Shown: positions 1 through 10,816 of the stretch, piece by piece
Layout of the letters: each line of letters opens with the position of its first letter
Position numbering within the stretch: the first letter of the stretch is position 1
Source of the DNA: Cyanidioschyzon merolae
Lineage: Eukaryota
Reading direction: 5' to 3' (one strand)
Length of the DNA stretch: 64,000 bases
Assembly: GCA_000091205.1 (NCBI GenBank)
Contig: AP006487.2
Position numbers and translations under genes: made by a program
The notes under the pieces: generated by a model
Database searches by the model: none
The model's input: only the letters and a program-made list of their open reading frames with translations
Told to the model about the DNA's origin: nothing

Positions 1-111
1 CTTTCATTTGGCCGAAGGCCGAGTGTTTTGGGCTTCGTGCGGTTCGCGCGAAACCGCAGCGAGCTGAAGCTTCAGCCAACAAACAGCGCTCCGCGCTTTA
101 CCGACCTTGAC

Positions 112-3100
112 CTAAACCCGCTCGACGCCCAGGTGCTTGAGGGAACGCACGCAGCGCTCACATACTTGTGAATGCTCATGAAGTGCACCCACAGTTTCGG
201 AGAAATTCCAACAGCGAGCACATTTCGAACCGTACGCTTTTTGTACCTCGACGTGGGTCTCGCTAGCAGCGCCTGGAGACTCCCCATTCCCAGAGCAACG
301 GACGACGTCAACTTGGGACGTGATAAAGAAGTATCGCAAATCATCAACCCCATTTGAGGGATCAAAGCTTGTAAGCGCCTCCTCTACGTGCCGTGCATGC
401 GGATATATGATGACACGTGCCTCCAACGACGATCCTATTAGCCCGTTTGTGCGAGCTGTTTCAAGTGCCTTATTCACAAGTTCGCGAACTTCTCGAACGA
501 TGGTCCATTTTTTGTCCTCATACTCGTCTGAGAGAATCTGTGGCACATAAGAATACCAACCATTTTGGAAAATACTAATCGGCGCTCCAGAGGGCAACTT
601 GCCATCTTTGCGTAGGCATTGCCACAGGTCCTCGACGGTGTGCGGTAGAATGGGTGCCAACGCTCGTGCCATATCCATTAAGATCGCCCACATTGTTGCT
701 TGGCAAGTTTGGCGACGTGGTTCATCCGGAGCGGCAACGTAGCAGCGATCTTTGGCAATATCTAGATAGAAATTGCTCAAGTCAGCGACACAGAAACGCA
801 GGACGCTCTGAAATATTCTGTTGAACGTGAAGTTCTTGTACGCGTCCTCAATATCCTTCAACACTGCTGCAGCGCGACGCAGTATATAGCGGTCCAGTGA
901 AGGTAGATTTGCATCGTTCAAAGCATTCACGCTCACAGGGCACGTTTCATCCCATCGTGGAACGTTGCCGGCCAGGAAGCGCAGTGTATTTCGGATCTTC
1001 CTGTAAGCGTCAGCAGTTTGCTTCAAAATCGTTGGACCAATCAGCACATCACTCATGTAATCAACACTGGCGACCCAGAGGCGGAGCACGTCCGCGCCGA
1101 GGGCAGGTTGCTTTTTCTGGTTTTGCCCGCCGTTGATGATCTCCGAGGGATCGACCACATTACCAAGCGACTTGGACATCTTCAGCCCCTTCTCATCTAA
1201 AACGAATCCGTGCGTGAGAACCGCGCGAAACGGAGCATAGCCGCGAACTGCAACGGATGTCAAGAGCGAGGACTGGAACCATCCCCGATGCTGATCGCTG
1301 CCCTCGAGGTAAAGATCTGCGACCACAGACGGAAGCCAGCTCGAGCTGGAGCCTTCGCCATGAGATTTGGAGAGTGAGGCCCAGGAGCTCCCCGAATCAA
1401 ACCAGACATCCATGGTGTCTAAGCCACGACGCAGTCTCCGCCCCGTCTGAATGATACTCGCTGGAAGGAGCTGCTCAATTGGAAGCGTCCACCAAGCATC
1501 AGATCCGTGTTTTGCAAAAATTTCGCTCACGTACTGGATGATTTCCATACTGATGACGGCTTCGCCGGTGTCTTCATCATAAAAGACGGGTATTGGCACT
1601 CCCCACGGGCGCTGTCTCGATATACACCAATCATCACGAGACTCGATCATTCCCCGGATGCGATTCTCTCCGGCAGGTGGCACCCACTGGACGCTCTGGA
1701 GCGCTTCCAGTGCTTTGTCACGAAACTGACGCACGGAGGCGAACCATTGCTCTGTGGCACGAACGATAGTCGGCTCTCTCGTTCTCCAATCATACGGGTA
1801 CTTGTGCTCGTATTTTTCTTCGAGCAGCAGAGCATTACTCGATCGCAGCAATTCTAAAACCCGAGCATTACCTTCTTGAAGTACAGGGAGCCCCGCGAGC
1901 TCGGGACCAGCATCTGATGTGAATCTTCCGACATCATCGACAGGCGCAAAGACTTCGAGTGATTCGCGTAATCCAACGTTATAGTCCTCTAGGCCGTGCC
2001 CAGGTGCGGTGTGCACCAGGCCGGTCCCGCTCTCGGTCGTGATGTAGTCGCCACCGGCAACCACGCGGTATACCTCCATTGGATACAAAGGGTGCCTGTA
2101 GGTCATACCGACTAACTCAGAGCCAGGTACAATCTTCTTGTTAGAGAGAGGCCTATGCAACTTTTGTTCAAGAGTTTCCACAAGGTCTTGGGCTACTACA
2201 AGCAACGTGCAGGGCTTCCCTTGCTCATCCTCGAGAGCCACGATACTGTACGGCAGGTTTGGATTCACCGCTACAGCCCGATTCGCGGGAATCGTCCAGG
2301 GCGTGGTCGTCCAGATTGCAACTCTGAACGAATCGAATTCGAGCTCACTGATAATCCCACGCAGTTTCCCAGCGTCTACAACCTCGAAAGCAACGTACGC
2401 CGATCGCGAAACGTGCACGTCCGGATATTCAAGCTCCGCCTCTGCCAACGCTGTGCGAGAGCTTGGACTCCAGTACACAGGTTTTCTGCCACGATAAATG
2501 TAGCCTTTCAGAAACATCTCACCAAAAATACGGACCTGAGCGGCTTCGTACTGGTGGTCCAATGTTAAGTATGGCGCATTCCAGGTTCCCCAGACACCGT
2601 AGCGCTTGAAACCCTTCCGTTGTTCCTCGATGGCCTCCAGGGCAAACTTTCGCGCAAGCAGTCGAATCTGCAATGGATCAAGTGCTTCCCGATGATTAGA
2701 CCTAGCCGACTGCACGGCTTTTAGCTCGATGGGGAGGCCATGGCAATCCCAGCCGGGAACAAAGCGGACACGCTTCCCGCAGAGTATGAAATAGCGGTTG
2801 ATAATGTCCTTAAGTATCTTATTTAGAGCGTGCCCCATATGGAGGGACCCGTTCGCGTACGGTGGGCCGTCATGCAACAAAAATTCGGCGTTCCTGGAGT
2901 TATCTTCGTACAATCCTTCGTAAATGCGGTTTTCCTCCCAGAAGCGTTGGATCTGCGGCTCCCTCTCAGTTGAGTTTGCTCTCTGAGAGAAGCTGGTCTC
3001 AGGTAGGCTAACTGTATGCTTATACGGCGAGTCGTTTGCCTCCTTCACGCTCTTGTCTTTCGCAGTCCAAGGGGACTGCTCGCCCTGAGTAGTAACAGAT

Positions 3101-3351
3101 GCGTGCGAGACACGGAGCATGTACCTCGCCACTCGCTGATGCGCCTGAAAGGCTTTGTTCCGCACCAATCGACACGCACTCCTAACGCGGGCGTTCAGTC
3201 GCCACTGTGGCAACACACAAAAGCCCAACATATGCCTTGAAGTGCGCTGCAAAGTCAACCTTTGGTGCGCACCGTGTCCGAGGCTCACGGCCGTACAACA
3301 GCCTCCTGCTTGGTTCACAGGGACAAGGCATTGACCGAACCTGGTGTACAT
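112..3351 (-). CDS. Isoleucyl-tRNA synthetase, bacterial/organellar type, with N-terminal presequence-like extension
   Basis: 1079-aa uninterrupted ORF. It carries the class I HIGH motif (HMGHAL), KMSKS (KMSKSLGN) and the bacterial-type WCISRQRPWGVPIPVFY block. The C-terminal Zn-finger (CARCW...CERC) is typical of bacterial/mitochondrial IleRS. Homology to IleRS starts near ...FSQRANSTEREPQIQRFWEEN. The first 110-120 aa are R/S/T-rich with few acidic residues, consistent with an organellar targeting peptide. Confidence 0.9.
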   Translation of the reverse strand: MYTRFGQCLVPVNQAGGCCTAVSLGHGAHQRLTLQRTSRHMLGFCVLPQWRLNARVRSACRLVRNKAFQAHQRVARYMLRVSHASVTTQGEQSPWTAKDKSVKEANDSPYKHTVSLPETSFSQRANSTEREPQIQRFWEENRIYEGLYEDNSRNAEFLLHDGPPYANGSLHMGHALNKILKDIINRYFILCGKRVRFVPGWDCHGLPIELKAVQSARSNHREALDPLQIRLLARKFALEAIEEQRKGFKRYGVWGTWNAPYLTLDHQYEAAQVRIFGEMFLKGYIYRGRKPVYWSPSSRTALAEAELEYPDVHVSRSAYVAFEVVDAGKLRGIISELEFDSFRVAIWTTTPWTIPANRAVAVNPNLPYSIVALEDEQGKPCTLLVVAQDLVETLEQKLHRPLSNKKIVPGSELVGMTYRHPLYPMEVYRVVAGGDYITTESGTGLVHTAPGHGLEDYNVGLRESLEVFAPVDDVGRFTSDAGPELAGLPVLQEGNARVLELLRSSNALLLEEKYEHKYPYDWRTREPTIVRATEQWFASVRQFRDKALEALQSVQWVPPAGENRIRGMIESRDDWCISRQRPWGVPIPVFYDEDTGEAVISMEIIQYVSEIFAKHGSDAWWTLPIEQLLPASIIQTGRRLRRGLDTMDVWFDSGSSWASLSKSHGEGSSSSWLPSVVADLYLEGSDQHRGWFQSSLLTSVAVRGYAPFRAVLTHGFVLDEKGLKMSKSLGNVVDPSEIINGGQNQKKQPALGADVLRLWVASVDYMSDVLIGPTILKQTADAYRKIRNTLRFLAGNVPRWDETCPVSVNALNDANLPSLDRYILRRAAAVLKDIEDAYKNFTFNRIFQSVLRFCVADLSNFYLDIAKDRCYVAAPDEPRRQTCQATMWAILMDMARALAPILPHTVEDLWQCLRKDGKLPSGAPISIFQNGWYSYVPQILSDEYEDKKWTIVREVRELVNKALETARTNGLIGSSLEARVIIYPHARHVEEALTSFDPSNGVDDLRYFFITSQVDVVRCSGNGESPGAASETHVEVQKAYGSKCARCWNFSETVGALHEHSQVCERCVRSLKHLGVERV

Positions 3352-3763
3352 TCTGCCCGCTTACTGGGAAGTTGCGAGTACCTTGTCGTCTGTCGAGCGC
3401 AGCGCTGGTCCAATCACAGAGCCACTACGCGCTGAGCGTGCGGCGCGGTGCGCTCTTGCCACACCGGGCGTTTCGACGGCTAGTGTGGCGGTGCCGGCGC
3501 AACTGCCGTTCATCTGGTCGCACTAGAGGACGGGAGCACTACAGCTCGCGGTCTCATGGGGCGCTCGTCGCCAAATGCACAGACACAGCAACCGAACATT
3601 TGCTGACTCGTCCGAAGCTCGATTCCTGACCAACTGGATCGCCATGAGTTTCTGGAACGGAGAGGTGTACCTCGTGTAGCGGCGGTATCCTTGTAGGATA
3701 ACCACAGAAGCGCTAGTCCCGTTTGTCGACTCTGTTTCGATGTACCGTTTTCATATATCACAG

Positions 3764-5134
3764 TTAGAATAAAATGGAATGGGCCCACTTACCTTATTCT
3801 GGCGTGTAATCAAACTCTCTTGGTCTCTTCCAGTTGTGATCAACAACGGACTTTTCGGAGCCTCCTCAGCAACTGCTTCCTTTTCGTACCTCTTATCTCT
3901 TCCATTGAAAACACCAGCATCTCGTTTCCTCAAGCTCCGCTATTCACTGGCAAAGGGTGACGACGGCAGCGTGAGCGTCCTCATTTCGCAGCCTCCAGTT
4001 GTTTTCCCGTGCATTTCATGCGCAGGCGGTAGTTGCCATCTCCGCACCCCTAGCCATGAGCATCTTCTTCTCATACTGCCACGATGTGCCCTGTGCAGCG
4101 ATGGCGCTCGGCAGGGGTCGCATGACCCTGTGCGCTCACCCCACCCCTCTTTCGAGGATCGTCCTGTAGCGCGTGAAGGCTTCTTCCATCGTTCGTCACG
4201 TGTCCTTGACATGTAAACAGGGTTCCATGCGATGTCTTTCTCCGTTACAACGCGCCCGGCGCCGTTCCCGAATATCACGAGCTTCTTCTGGACGATCCTC
4301 ACCGCAAACACACCGTACGCACACACGTAGGAGTACGCTGTTCCGTTCGGTGGAGGATTTGTGGAGCGCTTCGTAGTTCACGGTGAAACAAGCACCAGAA
4401 GTCAAAAGCAGTCTGCAGAGCAAGTGGAGATATTTCGAGCCGTCTGCGCTCCCTTCGAGCAATGGAGTGACGCACTCTTTATCAGAGGCGATCGCTGCGA
4501 TGACTCGAGTCCGAGTCCAGGGCCATATCCCATCCTGGCAGAAGAGACGGGATCTTCCAGGGGCACGTCCCGTAAAGCATACCATGCCGCTGTAGAATGC
4601 CGTCTCGTCGGTGGCCGCAAAGAGACGGGGATCTGTCTCGCGGGTGGAATCGAAGATTAACTGGTATGAGAAATTCTGTGTTCTCGCAGAAGAAGCTTGT
4701 GATGGAGTCGCTATGCGGTGACGTCGAGGTTGTTTCTCGTAATCGATCCAGTGGCGCAGCGCGCTGCGTTCTCGAGTTGCACTGGGACAGATAAATCGAA
4801 CGTCTGCTGGCTGCTTGCATTCAGCCTGATACACGTAGGAGAGAGAGAAGAGCAGGGCATCGACGTGTGAATGGACAATAATATAGGTTGCTTTACGAAC
4901 GGTATTCGCGGGCGTTGCGTTCCATCTTGATACCGGTGAACTAGGGAAGAAAGCGGAAAGGCGTCGAAGGTGACACTCCGAATAAACTACCGAGAACTCC
5001 AGAATTAGATGTATATCTGTAAGCACTTTCTGTAGTACTTCGAGTTTAGAGTCTTTGCATCCTAAACAAATTCTAAAAGAATCGAAAAGCTGGAACACAG
5101 CAGACAGTTCACTGTTTGATATCCTTATCTGACA
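3764..5134 (+). mobile_element. Repeat family A copy A1, about 1.37 kb with imperfect terminal inverted repeats
   Basis: More than 95% identical to the copies at 8576-9943 (inverted) and 14351-15720. Left end TTAGAATAAAATGGAATGGGCCCAC. Right end ...CAGTTCACTG...TCTGACA, with the 100 bp just inside it diverged from A2 and A3. Long ORFs on both strands have no recognisable domain. Confidence 0.7.
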
Positions 5135-7174
5135 TGGGTATGAAATCAGAGGGAGGGCGACTGCCAGTGATGACGTTCTTGTTGTTTGCCAGCAACGCAT
5201 ATCCGTGCGGGGTACGGTGTAACGCAAGTCCAAGTTCTTGTGAAATTTATGATGCAAAACGCCAGCCGATCTGAGTTTTCAGGGTTTCAGTGTGTCCGCC
5301 ATGGTTTGTAAAGCTGTATCGATGGATGCATACCAAATGAGCCGTAAATCACGTGCGTGAAGAACTGGAGCATGCCGACAGTCTGGGCCGGGCGCTCCAG
5401 GCATTCTTGCACGGACGTTTTGGACGAATTCCAACCGCTGCTTTGTTGATGTTGACTATTCGTTGTTTTAAGGAGTCTCGTAATCGTCTTTTGGTATCGC
5501 GGCTGAACGCTCAGAGGTGCACTCTAGTATAGTGATCGGTCTTGCGAATGAAAGCCGCTGCGCGTTACGCGCAAAAACCATTAACTGGCGAGCAAATGCG
5601 CTCTAACAGCGGTCTCAAGTGCGATGCCTCGTATTCAATGGTAGCGACTAGGCACCCGAAGCAAATCTACAGTCTCGAAAGGGACATACGACAACCAGAC
5701 TTTGAGTCGTAGAACACGCGAGATATTCGATCGGCTTCTGAACGTTTCTGGGCAGGGGGCTCGCCAGTTCCTTAAGAGAACTGCTAGCATGCGGCGTATT
5801 CCGTGGAAATAACGGCCCTCGTTATCGGGGCGCCATTGATGCTTCAACTTGCAATCGAATAGAAGATATCTGTCCTGCTGTACACACACAGGCCAGCGAC
5901 CATTTATTTGAAATATGAATCCCTGCACTTCACGCTCCTTCGTCACTCGCGCGATTTTGTCTGCACCCTATCACAGGGTTTTCACATTCGAAATGTAGGC
6001 TAGCCCCATCTGGGTGCCACTCGGGCGCTTATTCATCTCTGAATCAACCCCTGACTTTCTTCGACTTCTTGCACTGTGGAGAGCTCATGCACGGACATCG
6101 GTGGGGCACTGGTGCAGAACCACTATATGAATTCCGGCTTCTCAGCATACAGACTCTGGCCAGCATCTCGTATGCGCTGCCTGACCATATTTTCAACGAA
6201 GGCAACGCGATCGCTGTGCATTGACGTTCAGAATCCAGGACCTCACTGGCGACGCTTATGCTCGCAACTACCGCGCTGCTGCTAAGCCTCCTGCGCAAGC
6301 ATAGTATCGACCTCAATGCCGCAGTCGCTACGTCACCAGTCCGTGCCGGTAGCGGCCTGACGCGCGTTGCTCGCCACCGCCAAACCTCTCCGTCAAGCAA
6401 TTTGGCCCTTTTCTGATACGGAGCTTGTTTAGCGCTTCCACGGGGACAGGGCGCGATCGTACAGCCAGAGCGTGTACTCTTCCAGGGACAACTGCGCCCC
6501 CTCTTTCCAAACTGCAGTGTGCTTTTCTGACCATCTCATGCGTCTCCTATCGAATCTGCTCTTTCATCTCATCATCAAGAAAATTCGCGGTCAAAGTCAC
6601 CGGAAAAAGAGAAAACTCGCACTGGAGCTACCGCTCCATATCCTAGTTCGGTTGCAATACAAGAGTAGAGGAACCTCGAGATATTTTCCTAAGCGGCGCG
6701 CGTTCCCTGCCACCACTGGCTGCAAGGCGGAGATTCTGGGGGCCTCGAGTTGCGTGGCGCGCGGGTGTGGCAACTGGTGGTTTACGTCTCCGTTAAGCGC
6801 TTATCTGACATAGCACTGCGTCGTGCTTCCCTTGTGTGTTCCTGGCGCGTGGAACAACGAACAGGGGACCAGCATAATGATTCAGGGAAAGAATTAGACG
6901 GAATTAGGACGACACTCAGGGAGGCACCCGCTGGTGCTTCGTTCAAGAGGCTTTGACACCTTTGAACGTTCAGAAGGCAGCTAGAACACTCCAGGCGCAA
7001 CCAGCATTGCTACCGCCTCGGGCGGCTGCGCCCCTTGTGTTGTGTGCTCTTAGTGAAGGTGCCTTTTTAGCTGGGCATCTGCTTTCCAAGATTGGCTTTC
7101 CTGACGGAAAACGCTGGCAGTGAAGGCTGAGGGAGCGTTTTCCTACGTGATTTGACACACAAACAGGTATACTA

Positions 7175-8497
7175 TTGTTCACGCACAGTCTATACTCAAA
7201 TATGTGCTCCAAGGGACAGAAAACTGAGAAGAAACTCCTTGCGAGCTCTACGGAACGACTCGCACAGCAAGGCGCACGAGCGGCTCGAGGTACACGAGCA
7301 GTGAACGCAGGAAAATATGCATCGGGTGGCAACCAACACAGCCAGAGCTGGAGTTTTATGTCACGCATGCGCTCATTTCTTCGTTTGGGAGCCCCTTCCG
7401 TAAGAAACCGAGATTCGAATTCTAAGAGCGCATGCGCTGGAACCTGCTTTGAATACGACAGAAACAATCGAGGCATGGAAACCAAAGGCGCCGAGAATCT
7501 CCGAAAAACAGTCCCACAAACCTCAACAGAGAGTTTGGGAAACCCGCAAATTTCCCTGAAACAGAAAATAACGGATCCAGGGAATGTTCGCGGAAGTGAC
7601 AGTGAGCAGCAGGCGCGCTCGGGCACTATTAAGAATCTCGACGCTCCCGTGGCCGAGACTGCTCCAACTTCTGAGGTGCAATGTGGCAGCCGGGAAGACG
7701 ATTTGTGCCGAAGTCGTCATTGCCCCGGATCAGACTCATATCCAGCAGAATTTTTCCCCGCAAGTAGTCTATGGCCTGATAGAGACGATGATCAATCCAA
7801 GCAAGCGACCTCCCTGCGCTCCACACAATTGCTCGAGGAACCACATAAGAGAGACTCTAATCCCAGCACGGGAACTCCGCTTTTACCTCCTCAGAAAGAT
7901 ATCCACAGGGGCTTGAAGACTCTGGTTTTAGATCTCGACGAGACCCTTGTTCACTCTGGCTTCGACAAAATTGACAGGCCTGACTATGTACTTCAAATTG
8001 AGGTTAACGGCATTCTTCGAACACTCTACGTGAAGAAACGTCCCGGCTGTGATCGGTTTCTGCGAGAAATGGCAGACTATTTCGAAATCGTGGTGTTTAC
8101 TGCGTCCCTAGCGAAGTATGCGGATGCGGTTTGTGATCTGCTGAATCAGTCTGTAGGCCGGGACGTAATATCGTACCGCTTGTTTCGAGACTCCTGCGAA
8201 TTCGACGTTGACGCCCTCTGTTTTGTGAAAAATTTGCACTATCTTGGTCGAGATATTCGAAAAATAGTGATTGTTGATAATTCGCCGAGTGCCTACTTGA
8301 AAAACGCTGAGAATGCGATTCCTGTTGTCTCGTGGTTTAACGATGAATCCGATAACACACTCGAAGCGCTCATACCGCTCCTCCAAGAAATTGCTGCTGC
8401 AGACGACGTGCGAGATGCTATCCAGAAATCCCCAATCGTTCAGAAACTTCGTGAGAACTTCGGCAGTATCGCAGGCGAGACGAGTTACGCGCAGTAA
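7175..8497 (+). CDS. NIF/FCP1-homology (CTD small phosphatase-like) phosphatase
   Basis: 440-aa ORF. The C-terminal half has the HAD-type DxDxT motif in LVLDLDETLVHS followed by a typical NIF domain (YVKKRPGCDRFL..., IVDNSP). The N-terminal roughly 240 aa are low complexity, so the true start may be an internal Met. Confidence 0.75.
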   Translation: MFTHSLYSNMCSKGQKTEKKLLASSTERLAQQGARAARGTRAVNAGKYASGGNQHSQSWSFMSRMRSFLRLGAPSVRNRDSNSKSACAGTCFEYDRNNRGMETKGAENLRKTVPQTSTESLGNPQISLKQKITDPGNVRGSDSEQQARSGTIKNLDAPVAETAPTSEVQCGSREDDLCRSRHCPGSDSYPAEFFPASSLWPDRDDDQSKQATSLRSTQLLEEPHKRDSNPSTGTPLLPPQKDIHRGLKTLVLDLDETLVHSGFDKIDRPDYVLQIEVNGILRTLYVKKRPGCDRFLREMADYFEIVVFTASLAKYADAVCDLLNQSVGRDVISYRLFRDSCEFDVDALCFVKNLHYLGRDIRKIVIVDNSPSAYLKNAENAIPVVSWFNDESDNTLEALIPLLQEIAAADDVRDAIQKSPIVQKLRENFGSIAGETSYAQ

Positions 8498-8575
8498 CAT
8501 TGATGTATTCTCTGACCATTGCGAATATAACCATGCTAGCCTCCTGATCAAGCAACAGTCATTCTGTACACTCAA

Positions 8576-9943
8576 GTCAAATTAAAATGGAACAGTGAAC
8601 TGCTCGCTTTCATCTTGCCATTCGATCCTTTTTCTGGAACTTTTGACATTGACCAACTCGGCGTTCGAAGTGCTACAGAAAGTGCTTACAGATATACATC
8701 TAATTCTGGAGTTCTCGGTAGTATATTCGGAGTGTCACCTTCGACGCCTTTCCGCTTTCTTCCCTAGTTCACCGGTATCAAGATGGAACGCAACGCCCGC
8801 GAATACCGTTCGTAAAGCAACCTATATTATTGTCCATTCACACGTCGATGCCCTGCTCTTCTCTCTCTCCTACGTGTATCAGGCTGAATGCAAGCAGCCA
8901 GCAGACGTTCGATTTATCTGTCCCAGTGCAACTCGAGAACGCAGCGCGCTGCGCCACTGGATCGATTACGAGAAACAACCTCGACGTCACCGCATAGCGA
9001 CTCCATCACACGCTTCTTCTGCGAGAACACAGAATTTCTCATACCAGTTAATCTTCGATTCCACCCGCGAGACAGATCCCCGTCTCTTTGCGGCCACCGA
9101 CGAGACGGCATTCTACAGCGGCATGGTATGCTTTACGGGACGTGCCCCTGGAAGATCCCGTCTCTTCTGCCAGGATGGGATATGGCCCTGGACTCGGACT
9201 CGAGTCATCGCAGCGATCGCCTCTGATAAAGAGTGCGTCACTCCATTGCTCGAAGGGAGCGCAGACGGCTCGAAATATCTCCACTTGCTCTGCAGACTGC
9301 TTTTGACTTCTGGTGCTTGTTTCACCGTGAACTACGAAGCGCTCCACAAATCCTCCACCGAACGGAACAGCGTACTCCTACGTGTGTGCGTACGGTGTGT
9401 TTGCGGTGAGGATCGTCCAGAAGAAGCTCGTGATATTCGGGAACGGCGCCGGGCGCGTTGTAACGGAGAAAGACATCGCATGGAACCCTGTTTACATGTC
9501 AAGGACACGTGACGAACGATGGAAGAAGCCTTCACGCGCTACAGGACGATCCTCGAAAGAGGGGTTGGGTGAGCGCACAGGGTCATGCGACCCCTGCCGA
9601 GCGCCATCGCTGCACAGGGCACATCGTGGCAGTATGAGAAGAAGATGCTCATGGCTAGGGGTGCGGAGATGGCAACTACCGCCTGCGCATGAAATGCACG
9701 GGAAAACAACTGGAGGCTGCGAAATGAGGACGCTCACGCTGCCGTCGTCACCCTTTGCCAGTGAATAGCGGAGCTTGAGGAAACGAGATGCTGGTGTTTT
9801 CAATGGAAGAGATAAGAGGTACGAAAAGGAAGCAGTTGCTGAGGAGGCTCCGAAAAGTCCGTTGTTGATCACAACTGGAAGAGACAAAAACAGAAAAAAG
9901 TAGGCCAAGTAAGGTCTATTGAGCTGCTCGATTTTATTTCGAC
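8576..9943 (-). mobile_element. Repeat family A copy A2, inverted relative to A1 and A3
   Basis: Reverse complement of A1/A3. Its 305-aa ORF is the same as the A3 ORF with 1-2 aa differences. One terminus (9780-9943) is diverged from A1/A3. It begins 80 bp after the phosphatase stop codon. Confidence 0.7.
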
Positions 9944-9967
9944 GTGGGCGTGGTGCGTGCGCACGAG

Positions 9968-10816
9968 TTAGCTGTCTTGATCCTTTCCATTGTGTTCCAA
10001 CATATGTAGAGAGACTTCCCTGCGTTGTGCACCGCAAGTTGGCTGAGGCCCGCGCAGGCTACCCACTACAATTGGTTCGTTGCCGGTATTCACCCTAAGT
10101 GCTGGCCCAGTTTCAATAATAATGCCGCACGGTGGCATTGGTGCACATCGAGAAATCCATGGCATTATTGGCATACTATTCGAGACGAGAACAATTGCAT
10201 TGTAGATGCAAGCCAGGGAGCGCAGCCGTAGCCCAGTCTCAATCAGCGGGTCGGGATCAGTGCCTGTTGCGGCGGCAACGAAACCACTGACAGCGTCAAA
10301 GATCAGCAGCAGGGGTTGCAAACTAGTGCCGCTGTGCTCATGCATTGTAAAGTGACAAAGTCGACGCTCCTCTTCAGCCTCCGTCTGGCGCAGTACGTCT
10401 AGCACGTCCTCTATACAAAAAACGGGGAAAAGCTGATAATACGAACTTGATGAGATTTGTGGCAACCTCGTTTGAACCAGATCCACGCACTGATGATTAT
10501 TTTCACTATCCAAGTATACGATTCGGAAAGTGTGAATATTTCGCGAGAGAACAGAGTTGCAGAGCAGGCTCTTGCCAGTCCCGCTTCGGCCCCGCAGCTC
10601 TATGTACTGGCCAGGACGCAGGCCACCGCCGAGGGCCACATCCAGCTCCTTCACCCCGCTTTTGGCGAAGTACTGGCCGTAAAGTGCTGATCGCTCGTGC
10701 ACGCTTGCGAGTTCCTCAAAAAGCGGTCGTCTCCAGGCACCTTGTCGGCCTGCTGCTCCAATCTCCACGGTGTGCACGAGCTCAGCGCCTGCTGAGACTC
10801 GGCTCGTTTCCTCCAT
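9968..10816 (-). CDS. RecA/Rad51-family ATPase, Rad51-paralog-like (XRCC2/XRCC3/RAD51C/D type)
   Basis: 282-aa ORF. KELDVALGGGLRPGQYIELRGRSGTGKSLLC matches the Rad51-family LDxxLGGG...GxxGxGKT/SQLC Walker A block. A Walker B-like RIVYLDS follows. There is no N-terminal HhH domain, so it looks like a paralog rather than Rad51/Dmc1. Confidence 0.55.
   Translation of the reverse strand: MEETSRVSAGAELVHTVEIGAAGRQGAWRRPLFEELASVHERSALYGQYFAKSGVKELDVALGGGLRPGQYIELRGRSGTGKSLLCNSVLSRNIHTFRIVYLDSENNHQCVDLVQTRLPQISSSSYYQLFPVFCIEDVLDVLRQTEAEEERRLCHFTMHEHSGTSLQPLLLIFDAVSGFVAAATGTDPDPLIETGLRLRSLACIYNAIVLVSNSMPIMPWISRCAPMPPCGIIIETGPALRVNTGNEPIVVGSLRGPQPTCGAQRREVSLHMLEHNGKDQDS

Noticed and set aside
4196-5257. 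Long ORFs (305-353 aa; also 8595-9512 and 14783-15700) inside family A repeats, plus 99-145-aa ORFs on the opposite strand, as protein-coding genes
   Set aside because: ORFs are open on both strands simultaneously, are low-complexity (R/S/C-rich) and carry no recognisable domain. The variable N-terminal extension in A1 is produced by diverged flanking sequence. This is more consistent with a stop-poor non-coding repeat than with a gene.
6970-7626. 218-aa minus-strand ORF overlapping the start of the NIF phosphatase gene
   Set aside because: It has no features. It overlaps the continuous 440-aa plus-strand ORF that ends in a clear NIF domain.
9040-9070. TTCGATTCC (tRNA T-loop-like) inside the A repeats as a tRNA gene or tRNA-derived SINE head
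   Set aside because: The flanking bases do not form a T-stem or acceptor stem, and there is no A-box.
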